Assembly (NCBI RefSeq): GCF_964188315.1
Contig: NC_135655.1
Span: 114,576,001 to 114,640,000 of the forward strand
Origin: Podarcis muralis
Taxonomy: Eukaryota
Length of the DNA stretch: 64,000 bases
Direction: 5' to 3'
Shown here: positions 1 through 12,592 of the stretch, in pieces
Position numbering within the stretch: position 1 is the first letter of the stretch
Layout of the letters: every line of letters begins with the position of its first letter
Notes under the pieces: model-generated
Told to the model about the DNA's origin: nothing
Seen by the model: only the letters and a program-made list of their open reading frames with translations
The model's database searches: none
Translations under genes and position numbers: made by a program

Positions 1-136
1 AGGCCTAGCGGAGTCGGGCTTGGGATGGAGGGGTGGGAGAAGAGGTGATTTGGCTGTCTTGGTGACAACCCCTGCTGTAAGTTCTACTTTTATTTTTATT
101 TTTAAAATGAGACTATTTCTAGGCCAAGCCTTGAAG

Positions 137-490
137 CATACCCTCCAACATTTCTCNNNNNNNNNNNNNNNNNNNNNNNNNNNNNNNNNNNNNNNNNNNN
201 NNNNNNNNNNNNNNNNNNNNNNNNNNNNNNNNNNNNNNNNNNNNNNNNNNNNNNNNNNNNNNNNNNNNNNNNNNNNNNNNNNNNNNNNNNNNNNNNNNNN
301 NNNNNNNNNNNNNNNNNNNNNNNNNNNNNNNNGCTACTCTGGGAGGCTTCCACCATACATTATCTAAAAACATAATAAAACGTTGAACATTGAACAACTT
401 CTCTATGCAGGGCTGTCTTCAGATGTCTGCTAAAAGTACTATAGTTATTCCTCTCCTTGGCTGGGGGAGGAGGGGTGTCGCATAAGCCAT
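137..490. mobile_element. Probable lizard interspersed repeat (hAT-type MITE end plus LINE 3'-derived segment) interrupted by the gap
   Basis: CATACCCTCCAACATTTCTC runs into the gap. After the gap, GCTACTCTGGGAGGCTTCC...CAGGGCTGTCTTCAGATGTC resembles a lacertid composite repeat recalled from memory. Not database-checked. Confidence 0.35.
157..332. other. Assembly gap (176 N)
   Basis: Run of N seen directly in the sequence. Confidence 0.99.
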
Positions 491-3400
491 CATTAGATCC
501 TTAGAGCCCTGAGACATGAAAACATCATAAAGGAGGACACGTGTCTCTGGACGTGTACAGAGTTTTGACCCAACTTCCACACACACCAAGGGTAATAGGG
601 GATCAGAGCTTCCACTTCCGGGATCAAAGGGCATGGCTTTTAGGCAGTGGTGCCGCTTCCTCGCCCCCATAAACCCATTATCCACCGGCATTGGAGGAGT
701 GGGTGTCCTTCCTGCGCTCAAATCCAATGGTATTGGTAAAGTCCAGGCCCAGAAGGTCATAAACCATCAAAGGCTGGAGGGGGCAAGGGCAGGGGGAGGC
801 CCAGGCAGGCAAAGGCCGGAGATGTTGGGCAGCAAAACTAGGCGAAATCAATGGGTGTTTTGCCATTGATCTCAATGGAATGTGGATTTCCATTAGATAA
901 GCAAGTAAATAAGTAAATATAAGTAAAATAAATGAGGCTGCGGGAAGCGAGCTCAGGCCAGCAGGCCGATTTCAAACGCGGTGCCCATTTACCCTTGACG
1001 CACTGCGCGCCTGGCTGCAGATCCCGGATTAATTGATACTTAATGGAAGTCATGTCCATGAATATGCTTTCCATCATTTCACCCTTGGTGGACGTCATTA
1101 GCCAAGCCGAGCGAGGGAGAGTGGCGGGTGGATGGCAGTGAGTGAGTGAGCGAGTATGGGGAGCAGTACCGGCGAGCGCTAGCATAGCTGGCGGGGCCGG
1201 AATCCCAAATAAATGAATGTTTTCCGAAGTGGAAGGGACGCAGAGAGGGAAGAGGCTGAGGAGGAGGACAGCAACAGGGTCGCGCAGTAGCCTTTCCCCA
1301 GCTCCCTGGACAGTACAGGCCGCTGCCCGCATTTAAGCGCCTTCCTTTCCAGAGCTGGAGGGCCGAAATTTTGGCCAAGGCTGGCTCCTCTTTTCTTGGT
1401 TTTGGGTAGCCAAACGAGAAGGGCGCATGGGACTTTCCTGTTTCCCCCTGATGCTTGGGGTGGACCGAGGAGTCTGGTGAAAGGGACGGGGGTGGTTCAG
1501 TCTGTTAGATCCGAGGCAGGAATTCGAATACATACGACCTTTCTTTTCGGGGCATTTTCCCTGTAGTTATAACCAAAGCGGCTGAACAGGGGTAGCCCCG
1601 TGTGGAATGCAATCGTGTGGACAGATTCCGAGATGCAGTAGCGTTTGCCCTCATTATTTGAGGAAGGGCGAAAGGGGCGGGGCGGAGGCTATTATTATTA
1701 CTATTATTATTAACCACACACTTCTTTATCTCACAAAATAAATGCCATTCCGTTCTGGACTCACTGCAAAACTAAACTAAGAATAAATTATATGGGTGAA
1801 ATAGTGCACAGAGCCAGACAGAGAAGCGTGAGAAGACAGACGACAATCTGGTGTGAGTTCAATAAAATTATTGTGGTTACATTACATGTCTCTTTGTCAT
1901 TGTCCTTTCACGAGAAGTTGTCCTTTTCTTTTCTTTTCACAAATACTAGCATCTATCCCCCGCCCGCCACGTTTATTCACGTAACCCAGCCGCATAAAAT
2001 GTACGCTGTGTAGTTTCCATTTTGCGTTTCCCTTTTCTAATTTTATGTTGTGACCCGCCCTGTGATCTTCGGGTGAAAGGCGGTATACACATTTCATTAA
2101 TAATAATGATTAAAATGTACCGTCTTTAACTTTAATAACAAAAGACATGGGGTGGGGAAAAGAAAATTCCACAATAATTTAAGGAATCGAACATTGGAGT
2201 GTAACTTGGGAGACGCAGAGGAAGAAGAGCGTTTTGAGGAAGCTTCCCCATCCAGTTGTGTTGAGGAAAGAAGGTTGCAGTATTGCTGAATCACTGCTGT
2301 GGTGGAGCTTAGATCAACCAAACTCTGCTACTTACGCTGTGAAAATACGTTCCCGTCTATGCAATAAAACAGGCACCCTACTGATACAGATGGAATCATT
2401 TTTATCTGCAGAAATAGATCCGGGCCTTATAAGCTTTTCTCCAGCGTTGACAGTGTAGAGTTCGCTCGAGTCTAGTTACCTGGTCTCTTCAGCTGTTGCA
2501 ACTATTTCAGATTCATCAGAGCGAATGTTGAAGCGCGGAATGAAAGACCAAATCCAGCGCTTTCTTAGCGTGGTCTCTTGGGATACAGGGAGGTCCAAAT
2601 TCTCCAGTGAATTCATTTTCTCCTATTGACTTTCTATAGTCTAAAGAAACCCCCTTTCTGTTTATTAAGCATATCTGATAACACCCTTTTGAAATGTTTT
2701 GTTAAGATGCATAACCGTGTGCGCATCTTTTTAGATTCTGAAATCCTACCTAGGGGGTAGGAGGGAGGGATGTGTGCGTGTGAGGAAATCAAATACAAGT
2801 TTAATGGCAATGCAATGGAAAACCCTTTCGTGGCAGCTGAGTCTCTTTTAGAAAAAGAGAGGTCCCGTGTACGTTTCCACGTCGAAAGAGAGGCCTCCTC
2901 ATTGTTTCTCTTCTTTCCTTGTGCAGTTCTTAAACCTAATCCGAATCTATATTTCCTGGGTTTGAAAAAGGAGGGTAAGAACAGACGAGAAATATACTAG
3001 AATACCTTCCTGGATTCAGAATACTTTCTGGTGGTAGTTAGAATAACAATCAGAAAACAAGCTGCGGCCGTAAGATGTTCGATCAGCATTAATTCTTCCT
3101 TTTTTGTAAAACCTGCTTTCTTATACGCATACATATTTATAATTGAAATGAGGTGTTCTCGTCGAACTTTTTGTAGAAATTCTAATCATAAAAAGAATGA
3201 ATTGATTTCGCCTGTAGACACAAATAGCCCCCCGCGCGCGCGCTTTTATTTTACATGCCCATACTCTGCAGAAATTAAATTTGGTGTCACTGGCAAATTT
3301 ATACGGGTGGATACTTTTTCAGGTGCTGACTGCGTACATCTCGCCACTTAATTAGTTAGATCATAGCAAAGGACGGTCATGTTCGTTTATTTTTAGCTAC

Positions 3401-3500
3401 AAACACAAAATTCATTGATTAAAAGAAACAGCCTGTACATATGTTAAATCAACAAATAATCCTGGCCGAATACAGAAAATTATCAGAATATGGAGCAACA

Positions 3501-3514
3501 CCGCCCTCTAGTGG
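3501..3514 (-). promoter_or_regulatory. CTCF core motif between HOXD8 and HOXD9
   Basis: Minus strand CCACTAGAGGGCGG matches CCASYAGRKGGCRS at 14/14. Confidence 0.7.
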
Positions 3515-6089
3515 TGAGATGAAATCTTGTTCGGCAACCCGGGTTGACGCCACATGTTTATGCTTTTTCTACGATGAATGTGAAAGAAAGATATTTGCAA
3601 GGAACACTTGGTTGTTGTTTCTAATAAAATATTTCTTTTTCGCTGGCTAAAGACGATTAAAGTCATGCAAAAAAAAAAAATTTCAAAGGAGCGTGCAATT
3701 GTTACAAAGAATGAGAGATATCCTTCATATTTACAAGTGAGAAGGGGTATATGCCAAGTCCTATATCTTGAATGACGGGGAAATGTTTACAATGACTACT
3801 CAATGCTGCCTTTTGTTATCAAGAGCACAGGATTTTAATCATAGGAATTTTGCTTAACCAAAGAAACGACTTCTTTATGCCTAATGAAGTCAGATTAAGT
3901 GAAAACACGAACGAGGAAGCACGTTGCTGTTCCAGTGCAGTTTGCATAAAACCAAACCTCCCGTTTCTGTTTTGTCTGTTTCTGTTCTATGCTTCGATTT
4001 CAAGCTCAGAAACCTCCCTGCCTTGAACTTGCCTATGTCATTTTATTTCTCCCTTTCCCCATCGGAGAGCTGGTCAGTTTCGGCTTGCGCACTTACACTT
4101 GGAATCATAACAACATCCACCTTTCTGCTTTATTGTGACACTCAACATATCCAAAAAAAAGAAACGGACTCTTAAGCAAATGTTACTCGGCTTATTGGAA
4201 GCGGAGGGCTAGTGGTTTGGGAATGGCAGCGTTTCCATGTTTCCAAGCACATCCAGCTACGTAGCCGGGCTGCAATGGCATTTTGAAATAAATAAACGTG
4301 GACTTGGGTTCAAACCTTGGCAAGTTTAGATTCGGTCCCGTTCCAGCCAAGGTGGAGCTTCCCCAACGCTAAAGTCTCGCCTGTTTCAAGTTCTATGTAT
4401 TGCCCTAACCTTTACGAGTGTTGGTGCTCTTGCACTTTTTGCACACCAAGCTCTTCGTCTTTTTTGTTTGTCGTTTTCAAAAGAACCCCTGACTTTCTAA
4501 TATATGGCTACTTCCAGGTCCATTGGCAAACCCAGCCGAATTGATCTTAATCTCCTTCACTTTTCAGACTTCAGCGGCGTCCAAACTGCTGTCTCGCCCA
4601 GCCGGGGTGACATATTGAAATTTATAGTACTGATTTTAAGACCTGGTTTTGTCTGCATCGGTGTTCTATCCTAACAAACGCAAACATCAAAATAAGATGG
4701 TCTCAAAGAGAGAAAAGCGCCATCGCATATCGTAAACTCATTAGGTCCAGACGTCTAGCCTTCTCAATGGTTTTATTACGCCTCGGTTCTTCCTGTTTTA
4801 AAAAGAATGATAGGTATAGGGTTGACAATGAATGGGGAAGCAAGGCAACACCTTTTCCTAGGCCTTAATCGCTGTGGGTCTTTCTGAGGGGAAGGGGGAA
4901 GTGATAGCATCTACAGACCCCCAGGTCTCGGTGCCTGTTTCCCTTCACCTTAAATCTTCTTTCAAATGGCTTGAGAGGCCATGTTTTCCTCGAGACGCTT
5001 AATTAAAATGGTGTCTCACATCAGAACAACGCTCCTCTCCTTCTCTAAAATATCCCAGAAGCCCGCCGCCCACACCTCAATTGCATACTGTGTGTGTGTT
5101 GGTGTTTTTAAATACAATGTACATACATGATTCAGCTAAAGTTTAACACTTGGACGTTCCATTTATTTCCATTGAGGAGTTATGCATGTGCTGAAATCTC
5201 TACATCAGGGTGGCTTCAAAGTCCTTATCAGAAATTCACACACACACACACACACACACAACGCGCATATATCTGGTGATATGTGCCGATAACCCTATGA
5301 TCGAAAAGGACGTACATATTAATTCAGCTCTTGACAAATACCGACAGAGCTGATCATCATGTCTATCAAGTGTCTTTAAGGTCCATGAATTTGAATGAGC
5401 GACATGGCGTCATAATTATGAACTAACTTCAGTCTTATTTGAGGACCTCTATGTTTTCCTTACAGATTCCCACACCCCACCCCTGAAATTGCTACATGAA
5501 CCTTTCGGGTTTTTTGTGGGGGGTTTTGGTTATGTTCCGGATTTATTTTTTTAAGAAAGGCTACGAAGCTTGCGCCACGCACCGCCATCAAGTCCACCAC
5601 TCACAATTGCAACCAGGAAATATTCTCAGAAAAGAAGGTCGTAGAGGCTATGAACCCGGGGCAAACGCTCTCGACCTGTCCTAGGATGTATCTCCGCATA
5701 TTTAGATCGTGGCTTAAAGACCAGTTCTTTTGCTCGGTTGCTGGCAGAGGTGGGGGGGGGGGGAGAGATTTGGGAGCAAGTCAGGTTCAAATAGAAAAGA
5801 TATCAAGGAGGAGTGGGGAAGGGAAGGAAACAGGGCGGGCGGGGGTGATGCAGGCCTGCTCTGTACTAGCTGCTATACAGTTGACCTGCTGAAACCCTTC
5901 CTTCGTGTCCACGATTGGTATAATAATATTCAGGAGTGGAGAATGATGAACCGGTGTCGGTGGATACCTCCTGCCTCTCTAAGAACAGAGGAAGCGTCCC
6001 TTCGTCTGCAAATGGCTTCCTGCGGGTTATATGCAAGGCATCTTTATTACAGAGAACGCAGAAAGACTGGGGTTTTCTTTTTTTCCCTT

Positions 6090-6120
<31 letters not shown>

Positions 6121-6787
6121 TTGGAGGGGGCGGCGGTTTCGTTTATACTCAGGCGCTGTCTGTTTATTTCCACTTTGCAGAGAGAAGTCAAAGGCAAACC
6201 GCGGGCGCGTTTGCACGCACATTACATCTTATTCCCCAGCACACGCAAACCCCCCCATCTTCCCAGTCAATTTATTATTATTATTACTGTTATTTCACCA
6301 GCTCAGCCTTTATTATAATAACCTATGACAATTACATTATTATTATTATTTTAAAAATTAAGTCCTTAGGTAGAGTTCCAGGCCTCCGTCAATGGGGACG
6401 GGTGCTCAGAACTGTTAACCCGCGGGGCCTGTGGAAGTTAATAATGTTTCAAGTACCGCTTTTAATACAGTGCACTGGAGAGGATGAAACGGGCAGCCAG
6501 GGGGGAGATAATAAAAATATTTTATATATTTTTTTCTTTAAAAAAAACATTTCACAGCCTCGATCTGGCAAGACTTTTGCTAAGCATAACCTGCAGAAGG
6601 AAAGCGATGCACAGGGTCTGGAGTCCTCCCCTCCCCCCTCTCCGCTTTTGCTTTTTGGAAAGTCCGAGGTAAACGCACTATTGCCATCAAGGTAATCCTC
6701 GCTGTCATTCAGTATTAATCGTCTTCATCGCCGCCTTTGACTTCAGTTTGGAAAAGTGACTGTCCCCCCATCTTACAATCCCTCCAC

Positions 6788-6837
<50 letters not shown>

Positions 6838-7231
6838 GTCTAGGGTTACTTGGAAGTAGCATGTCAAACATTTAGTATTTAGTATTTAGATAAAGCCCCC
6901 CCCCCCAAAAAAAACCAACCCTAACGTGCACTCACAATATCTTAAAACCAAACTGGAGGCGCGGGGAAAGAAGCGACTTTTACCAAATACATTCTCCACA
7001 CCCAGCCCTTTCCTTTCCAAAATACCTGACATCGACCACATTACTGCTATCTAAAGAATAAACCCACCAGATCAATAGGAAGTTTTCGAGCCAGTGGACC
7101 TGGCAACATAATAATAATAATATTAATAATAATAATGACAATGACAATAATTAATATCGATACTTTTGTGTGTATCTTCATAGAAAGCCCAGCACATTTC
7201 CACAAACGCACGCACGCACACCCTCAAGGCG

Positions 7232-7473
7232 CTAGTCCCCTTTATTCCCTTTTTCCTTGTTCATCTTTTTCATTTTCATTCTTCGGTTCTGAAACCATAT
7301 TTTAACCTGTCTCTCGGTCAGGTTTAAAATCCTAGCCACTTCGTAACGGCGGTCGCGGGTGAGGTACATATTAAAGAGGAATTCCTTTTCCAGTTCCAGA
7401 GTTTGGAATTTTGTGTAAGGGCAACGCTTTTTCCTGGTGGAACGAGCGTGAATCCAGTTCGCGGCGGGGTTAT
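7232..7473 (-). CDS. HOXD9: HOXD9 exon 2 (homeodomain); missed by the ORF track
   Basis: Manual translation after acceptor ctccag: (N)[82 protein letters not shown] at 7234-7232. Phase 1 joins exon 1 to give LDPNNPAANW. Confidence 0.97.
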
Positions 7474-7898
7474 CTGGAGAAGGGAGAGCAAGAAGGGGGG
7501 GGGGGGAGAGAGAAGGTCAGGGTTCGGAGGGAGAAGAGGGGCAGGCATTGAAGTAGGGGAGAGGGTTGGGGAGGGGAGAAAGGTCGTTAAATTAATTTAA
7601 CGGAGGATGCCTGCTCTTTTCACAATTGAGGAGGAATTATCATAAAACCTTGAATGGCCCGGTCTGTTTACTGTACAAATGATGTCTTCTTGATGGCCGT
7701 AGGTGGTTATGGGGAGCCTTTTTTATGGCTGCTTGTTGCCGCTTGCGCTCGAGTAGGCGTCTAGACGTTTTTATAGGTTAGTAAAACTATCGGTTTTGCA
7801 CATTGGAGCCTTACAGGTTGGGGTAATAAATCAAAGCGGGTGCAATTTCTTTTCTTTCTCTCTCTGGCTCGGATTTTTTTTATTTTTTTAAAACTTAC

Positions 7899-8901
7899 TT
7901 GGGTCAAGTTGCTGCTGAGGCTTCTCCTCCTTCAGATCGCTGCTGGGGCTGGCATTGCGGCTGCAACCAGACGCTGGCTTGGCCGGGGTGGCGGTACTGC
8001 CGTTGCTGCTGCTGGTGGTGGTGATATTGCTGGTGGCTGCAGCTACGGCGGCCGCAACCGGGTGAGAAGAACCGTTGCTCACTGTTGCTGCTGCCGCCGC
8101 CGCCGCCTTCTCGCGGGGCTCTGCCAGGAAGGAATTGCACGTGTACTCGGGCCCATTGACCCCCGAGGGCTCCCTAGACGGCGCGCACTCAGTTCTTTTG
8201 GAAGGAGACTCGGAGCTGCAAGACGAGGAGGAAGAGGAAGAGGAGACGGTGGCAGAGGAGGAGGAAGGAGAGGGCCCCACCGGACCGGCGGCGGCGGCGG
8301 CTGCCCCGCTCTCCGGCTTGACGATCCCGTAGTGGCGCGCGCTGGAGGAGCCACCGCCGGCGCCGTTGGAGGCGATGCTGGTCGTCGCCGCTGCTGCTGC
8401 TGCAGCAGCAGCAGCAGCCGCGGCACTAGCGGCGGAGACGTTGCTGTTGCCTCCGCCGCCGTTGCCGGGGCTGCTGGGGAAAGAGGCGAAGGGCTCAATC
8501 CAGGAGCGCACGTATCTGCCTCCGCCGCCTCCGCCGCCCTCGCCCGGTCCGCCTAAGTGCGGCTGGGGCATGTAAGGGTGGTAAATGCCGGGCATGGGCG
8601 CCGGAGGCTGCGGGTGCACGGCGGGCCACGAGGCTGGGAAGACGGCTGACTTGGGCGCGAAGCTGCAGGAGGAGAAATCCGAGCCCTCGGCCACCACACC
8701 TGAGGATGGCCTGGGGGTCGCATGGTGACCTCCCTGCAGGAACCGGGCAGCCCCTCCGACGCCGCCGACGCCTCCTCCTGCTCCTCCGACGCCGCCACCG
8801 TACACTTCCTCGCTGTCGTGGCCTATGAGGGAATCGACATAGTAGTTACTGAGGGTGCCGCCGGTCGACATTTTTTGGAGGCTCCCTCCGTAGCAGGGCA
8901 T
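7899..8901 (-). CDS. HOXD9: HOXD9 exon 1 (in-frame ATG at 8901; conserved [15 protein letters not shown] start at 8871)
   Basis: Contains [47 protein letters not shown] and KRTEC, typical of HOXD9 rather than other Hox9 paralogues. Donor CCAA|GTAAGT at 7899/7898. Intron 7474-7898. Confidence 0.96.
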
Positions 8902-8999
8902 ATGATGGGGGGAAGGCAAAAAAGGTTACTCTGTTAACTGTAGATGATCGCCTGGCCCGGAGAACAATCGTAGTATTTTGCAGGCGGCCAGGCTCAGCC

Positions 9000-9052
9000 A
9001 TTGGTCCCTCCGCCCACGTGATCATATTTACCAATACTCCAAGTAAATCAAT
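9000..9052 (-). promoter_or_regulatory. HOXD9 proximal promoter module (CCAAT, CACGTG E-box, TGATTTAC PBX-HOX site)
   Basis: ATTGG 9000-9004, CACGTG 9015-9020, CCAAT 9031-9035, GTAAATCA 9043-9050, about 100-150 bp upstream of the ATG. Confidence 0.6.
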
Positions 9053-9488
9053 CCGCTAAACTGAAGGGGTTGCTGTGATTCAAGCGGAGGTGGTGGTTGG
9101 AAAAGAAGGGATACGAAAAGGAAAAAACCCAAGAAGGCAACAAGCTAAGACAACAACCTCCTCCCGCCTTAAAAAAAAAACACTAAAAAAACAAACAAAA
9201 AACCCTCATTCCCATCCTCTAAGGAAAACACTAGTCTCCAAAACGTGTAATTGTATACAGGCAGAGAGAGAGAGAAATCCTTCCACTCTCTTGCCTTAGG
9301 CTTAGCAGGACTCCAAGCGGGCGTGGCGCGCTACTAGCAGAAGCAAGTTCGGGGACTATTTGTTCGCCTCCTTTGAGAGGTTCCTGCCATTCATTCCGCT
9401 GCCATCAGCCTCAAGCACGGAAGTTCTGCGAAGGCTTGGCTTGTCCTTGTCTTTGGAAGCTGCCGAGGAAAACCCCCATTGAAATCAT

Positions 9489-9492
<4 letters not shown>

Positions 9493-9545
<53 letters not shown>
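9493..9545. repeat. (AG)n microsatellite upstream of HOXD9
   Basis: Perfect dinucleotide run. Confidence 0.95.
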
Positions 9546-9548
<3 letters not shown>

Positions 9549-11952
9549 GGAGGGGGGAGCCCAGCGAGATCCCCGCCTGTGAAAACAAACACTGCCAAAA
9601 ACTGAGAGTGTGTAACGACTCCTCATAAAACAGGGAAATGTTACAGTAAAAAAAAAAAAAAAAAAAGCGCAACAATGCAGGAGAGGGCCACTTTTCCAGA
9701 GCAGCTCTTGGTGTCGTTTCCTTTAAAAGGAAAAAAAAAAAGGAAAAACAGCAACACACGGGCAGAATTGAATGATTGAAAAGAGAGAGAGAGAGAGAAA
9801 GGAAGGAAGGAAGGAAAGAGCTGCCCATTGTGTTGTTTTAAAACAGGTGGAAGACCTCTCCGCAATGATTTTATGCCTATCAATAAAAATTTTATGAGGT
9901 GCATTTGATTATAGATTAATGTGTCCCTCTAATAAAATGGACTGATGGCACACGAGGAAAAAAAATAATCTCAATCTCTCTCTCTTTCTCTCTCTCTCTC
10001 AACACCAGTCTTTACTACAGTTTTCAAACTTTGGATTCAAACGGGGGCGTTGTCATTACTTCCAAGGTACTCCAGAGTTTGGGACCCTGAAATGCACGAA
10101 ATAATGAATGAATGAGCCCCGAAACGCCGCAGCCCCTTGGACAAGATCACATTGTAAATCGAGCCCGCTTTGCAAACATTCTGCGAGAAAGACGAACTCG
10201 AGGCACCAGTGGCTAGAACTTATCCCCACTCCCCACCTCAACACCTTCCATTCCTTAATTTTATTTCCTGGATATTTTTTCTAGTAAGCACAAACTCCTC
10301 CTCCGCCAACCCCCACCCCACCCCTGCACCATAGAAGTCAAGGAGATTCAATCTGGTTCAACCACCTTTATTATTTACTATCAGAGACCACGTATCCAGA
10401 GTAGGTTTTGAACCTGAAGCAAACGCTTCGCCGAGGATTTCAAGCCAACTGAGCCATTTGTTATCATTCCTTCTTTCCCCCCCCTCCTGCTCCTTCTTCT
10501 TCTGTTCGATTCTGAGAAAGCCTAATATGATTGACTGAGGAGAGAACGTGCAGGGCTACTTCAAATCCAAATCTTTGCTTGGAACAAAACAAAGGAAGAC
10601 ACGAAACGCATCGAGGGGAGCCGACAGGACTGCGTTACATATCTGGACGCTGGAACCAGATTTGTAGGAACCCATCTCTCTCACTGTTTGGTCTCTTTGG
10701 GTTTTATTTATTGTAACTTACTGTTTTCTTTATGTGCGATGGAACTCACGCCCACTTCCTTACCTCTCTCTTTCTCTGTGTGTCTACATACACTCAATGT
10801 TCATGCTCACATACCAGTTCAAAACAACCTAAGTATGCGGAAGCCATTGCCCTCGATTCCAGCTGAATTTACTTTCAGAGGGAAATGAGTTTGAATCATA
10901 GCCGTAAGTGCCATTTTCTCACGGCAACATCACGGAGTGTTTATTGAGAGCGAGTAAAAAGGAAAGGGAAAAAAAACACACCAAATATCTCTAGGTGTCT
11001 CAGTGAGGGAGAGACGCTTTTATACTGAAGTTATGGATATTACAAAACACAAACACAAACCCAGAGCTCTGCGTAACATCTCACAAATACCCAACGACCT
11101 GGTGTTAGCAAAGACACAGAGAGTATACCTATCATCTGTGTACACGACTATATACAAATACATACACAGGTTTTGTGCGCGCGCGTGCATACATGACATC
11201 TTTTGTACGCCCTTTGAATTTAGATACACACAGTTTACTATTGATAAATCAGTACCCCCCAAAAAGCATCCACCTATATGAGAACAACTTTATCAGATAA
11301 TTAACCAAAACACTGGGGTCGGGTTGGAGAGATGTGATGTCACTCGTTCTTTCATGAACTGTCTGGGTGTCATTAGGTTAGCAGATATTTCCAACATGTT
11401 AGAGGCAATTTCCTGATTTGGAAGTCAAGGAGGGGCATTTGTTGTTAGTTACGAGCCCATTTCTCCAGAAGCTGAGCCGGCAGTTTCTCAAGCTCCTTCC
11501 CCCCCCCCCCCTTCTTTCTTTCCTTCCTTCTTTCTTTCCTTCTTTCTTTCTTGAAGGTGAAAGCATTCCCAAGTATTTGGACTTCAGCCTGGAGTCATGT
11601 TCATTTGCAAACTCCTTTTAAGGGACTTTCTGCTTCGGATCTCCCCACCCCACCTCACCCGACCCCCACCCCGCCTTCCTAACCCCTTCCCCAAGATAAA
11701 GTGGCTGTGAGCAAGATTTCGCAGCGATGTCCGGGGAGGGCGTTGCGGAGAGTCGTGAACTTCATTATCCTGATGTGGGCTACAACGAAGGAACCACAGA
11801 AAACAAACACAGGCAAAAAGCAAAATAACCCAGGATTGTCAGGAAACCAAAACGTGTGAGCGTTTGGAGACGAAGCGGGGAAAGGCCCTGTAGACAGAGA
11901 CTAGGCAATATGGCTTCCTTTATTTTTTTTTACAACACTGCAAGCAGGAATC

Positions 11953-12012
<60 letters not shown>
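11953..12012. repeat. (TAA)20 microsatellite
   Basis: Perfect trinucleotide run. Confidence 0.95.
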
Positions 12013-12586
12013 GTGTCTAGGGTGCATGAAAAGCAAGGGAGGTGAAATGGAATAAAACAACTGCATTTATTTCGCACGCTGTATTTGTAACGATATATAC
12101 AAACTGCAGTAAGAATTTGCAATAAGAGCACATTTAGGCTGGCAATCGGGGCTCTGGGCGAAGGCTCGTTACGGCTTCCGTTTTCCTTCCTAAAAGTCAA
12201 CTTACCGTTTATGATTGAATGGGATAAAGGTGTCCACTTTCGGTCATAACATTTCACTAGCGTTTTGGCGCTCCCTTGTCAAGACTGTCTGTTCCCGGCG
12301 CCCTAGGCCATTTCCTCGCGACCCTAGCAATTGCTAAAGGTATTATTAGGACTGACTGACACAGACAAATCTACCCCCCCTTTTTTTAAAAAAAAAATAT
12401 CTACGAGCTCCCACACTAGTAGGAGGGTTTGGGTTGGGGGTGTGGGGTGATGGCGGGGTGCGCGGGAGGGAGAGTCTTTGAGCGCAAGGAGAAGCTGCGA
12501 AATGGGCGAAATGGTAGCGTTTCCTGGTTCGGTTTGGATTTGGATTTGGAAAGACCAACCAAAGGAGCCTCGTGAACTTTACAGAG

Positions 12587-12592
12587 TTTATT
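12587..12592 (-). terminator. Candidate HOXD10 poly(A) signal AATAAA
   Basis: TTTATT on plus about 860 nt downstream of the stop, followed on minus by a U-rich tract. Inference only. Confidence 0.5.

Noticed and set aside
7840-8556. Long antisense and alternate-frame ORFs over HOXD9 exon 1, and likewise over HOXD11 (27143-27877), HOXD12 (37769-38356) and HOXD13 (51683-52499)
   Set aside because: Shadow frames of GC-rich, GCN/GGN-repeat coding sequence that is depleted of stops; no independent homology.
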